A program made the translations under genes and the position numbers. A stretch of 49,329 nt of DNA from an uncultured delta proteobacterium (GTDB lineage: Bacteria > Myxococcota_A > Polyangia > Haliangiales > Haliangiaceae), in contig CAVYYE010000009.1 in the NCBI GenBank assembly GCA_963772655.1, forward strand, positions 278,343 to 327,671, read 5' to 3'. This document shows, in pieces, positions 48,871-49,329 of this stretch. Positions within the stretch are counted from its first letter, which is position 1. Each line of letters opens with the position of its first letter. The notes below the pieces were generated by a model. That model had not been told where the DNA came from. It saw only the letters and a program-made list of their open reading frames with translations, and made no database searches.

Positions 48871-49329
48871 TGACCTGCCCGGGTTCTGCGGACCATCGGG
48901 ATCTAGAAGATTGCGCTCCTAGTTGAAGTGCTGTGTAGCGGACTCTTCGGTTGCCTGTTTCCTCTTGAACTCGATCGGAGTCAAGTAGTCGAGGCTGGAG
49001 TGTGGCCGCACCTCGTTGTAGTGACGTCGCCACGCCTCGATGACGACGACCGCTTCGGTGCGGCAGCGGAACCATTCGAGGCTCAGGCACTCGTCGCGCA
49101 GCTTGCCGTTGAAGCTCTCGTCGAGCCCGTTCTGCCACGGCTTGCCCGGATCGATGAAGGCTGTCTCGATCCCCTCGTCGGCGAGCCACTGCAGGATCGC
49201 TCTCGCGACGAACTCGGGCCCGTTGTCGGAGCGCAGATAGCGAGGTGCGCCGTGGACGCTGACGAGCCGTGCGAGCACCTCGATGACCCGTCGAGACCGA
49301 ATCGCGCCGGCGACGTCAATCGCGAGACG
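48871..49329 (-). mobile_element. second IS3-family copy, left end only (runs off the window); ~99% identical to 45768..46226
   Basis: Identical IRL TGACCTGCCCGGGTTCTGCGG and OrfB C-terminal coding (48919..49278 on minus). Confidence 0.85.

Overview
This is a high-GC (~70%) chromosomal segment with a deltaproteobacterial/myxobacterial character: lipoproteins, Ser/Thr kinases, multiheme cytochromes, Sel1 and TPR proteins. It splits into two parts.

The core region (1-41500) holds: an ECF sigma / zinc-finger anti-sigma / DoxX triad; a large phosphate-starvation cluster; a thymidylate-kinase fusion; an ABC exporter; a CopA-type P1B ATPase; an RND-porter-like lipoprotein; tRNA-Phe; a TM/TPR Ser/Thr kinase; and a respiratory module made of a ~29-heme lipoprotein cytochrome c, a tetraheme cytochrome, a Tat FeS protein and an NrfD-like membrane subunit.

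The phosphate cluster is phoU-pstSCAB (minus strand) divergent from two OprO/OprP-type porins, a lipoprotein, a VTC-domain protein and a Na/Pi symporter. It carries three CCGTCAC-N4-CCGTCAC direct repeats that resemble Pho boxes. It also shows six homopolymer frameshifts, all confined to phoU and the two porin genes.

The 3' part (41560-49329) is accessory DNA. A tRNA-Leu(CAG) is followed by a truncated tyrosine integrase. Two orphan rhs 3' fragments with unrelated C-terminal toxin tips lie in lower-GC DNA (~52%), each followed by candidate immunity genes (a small ORF plus a TIGR02996/LRR protein, and a pentapeptide-repeat protein). Also present are an IS5-family transposase fragment fused to a ~250-bp duplicate of the first toxin segment, two near-identical IS3-family copies with an A7 -1 frameshift site, and a 62-bp integrase segment repeated at both rhs junctions. 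This mosaic of polymorphic-toxin cassettes is the most unusual feature of the window. No CRISPR array or rRNA was seen.
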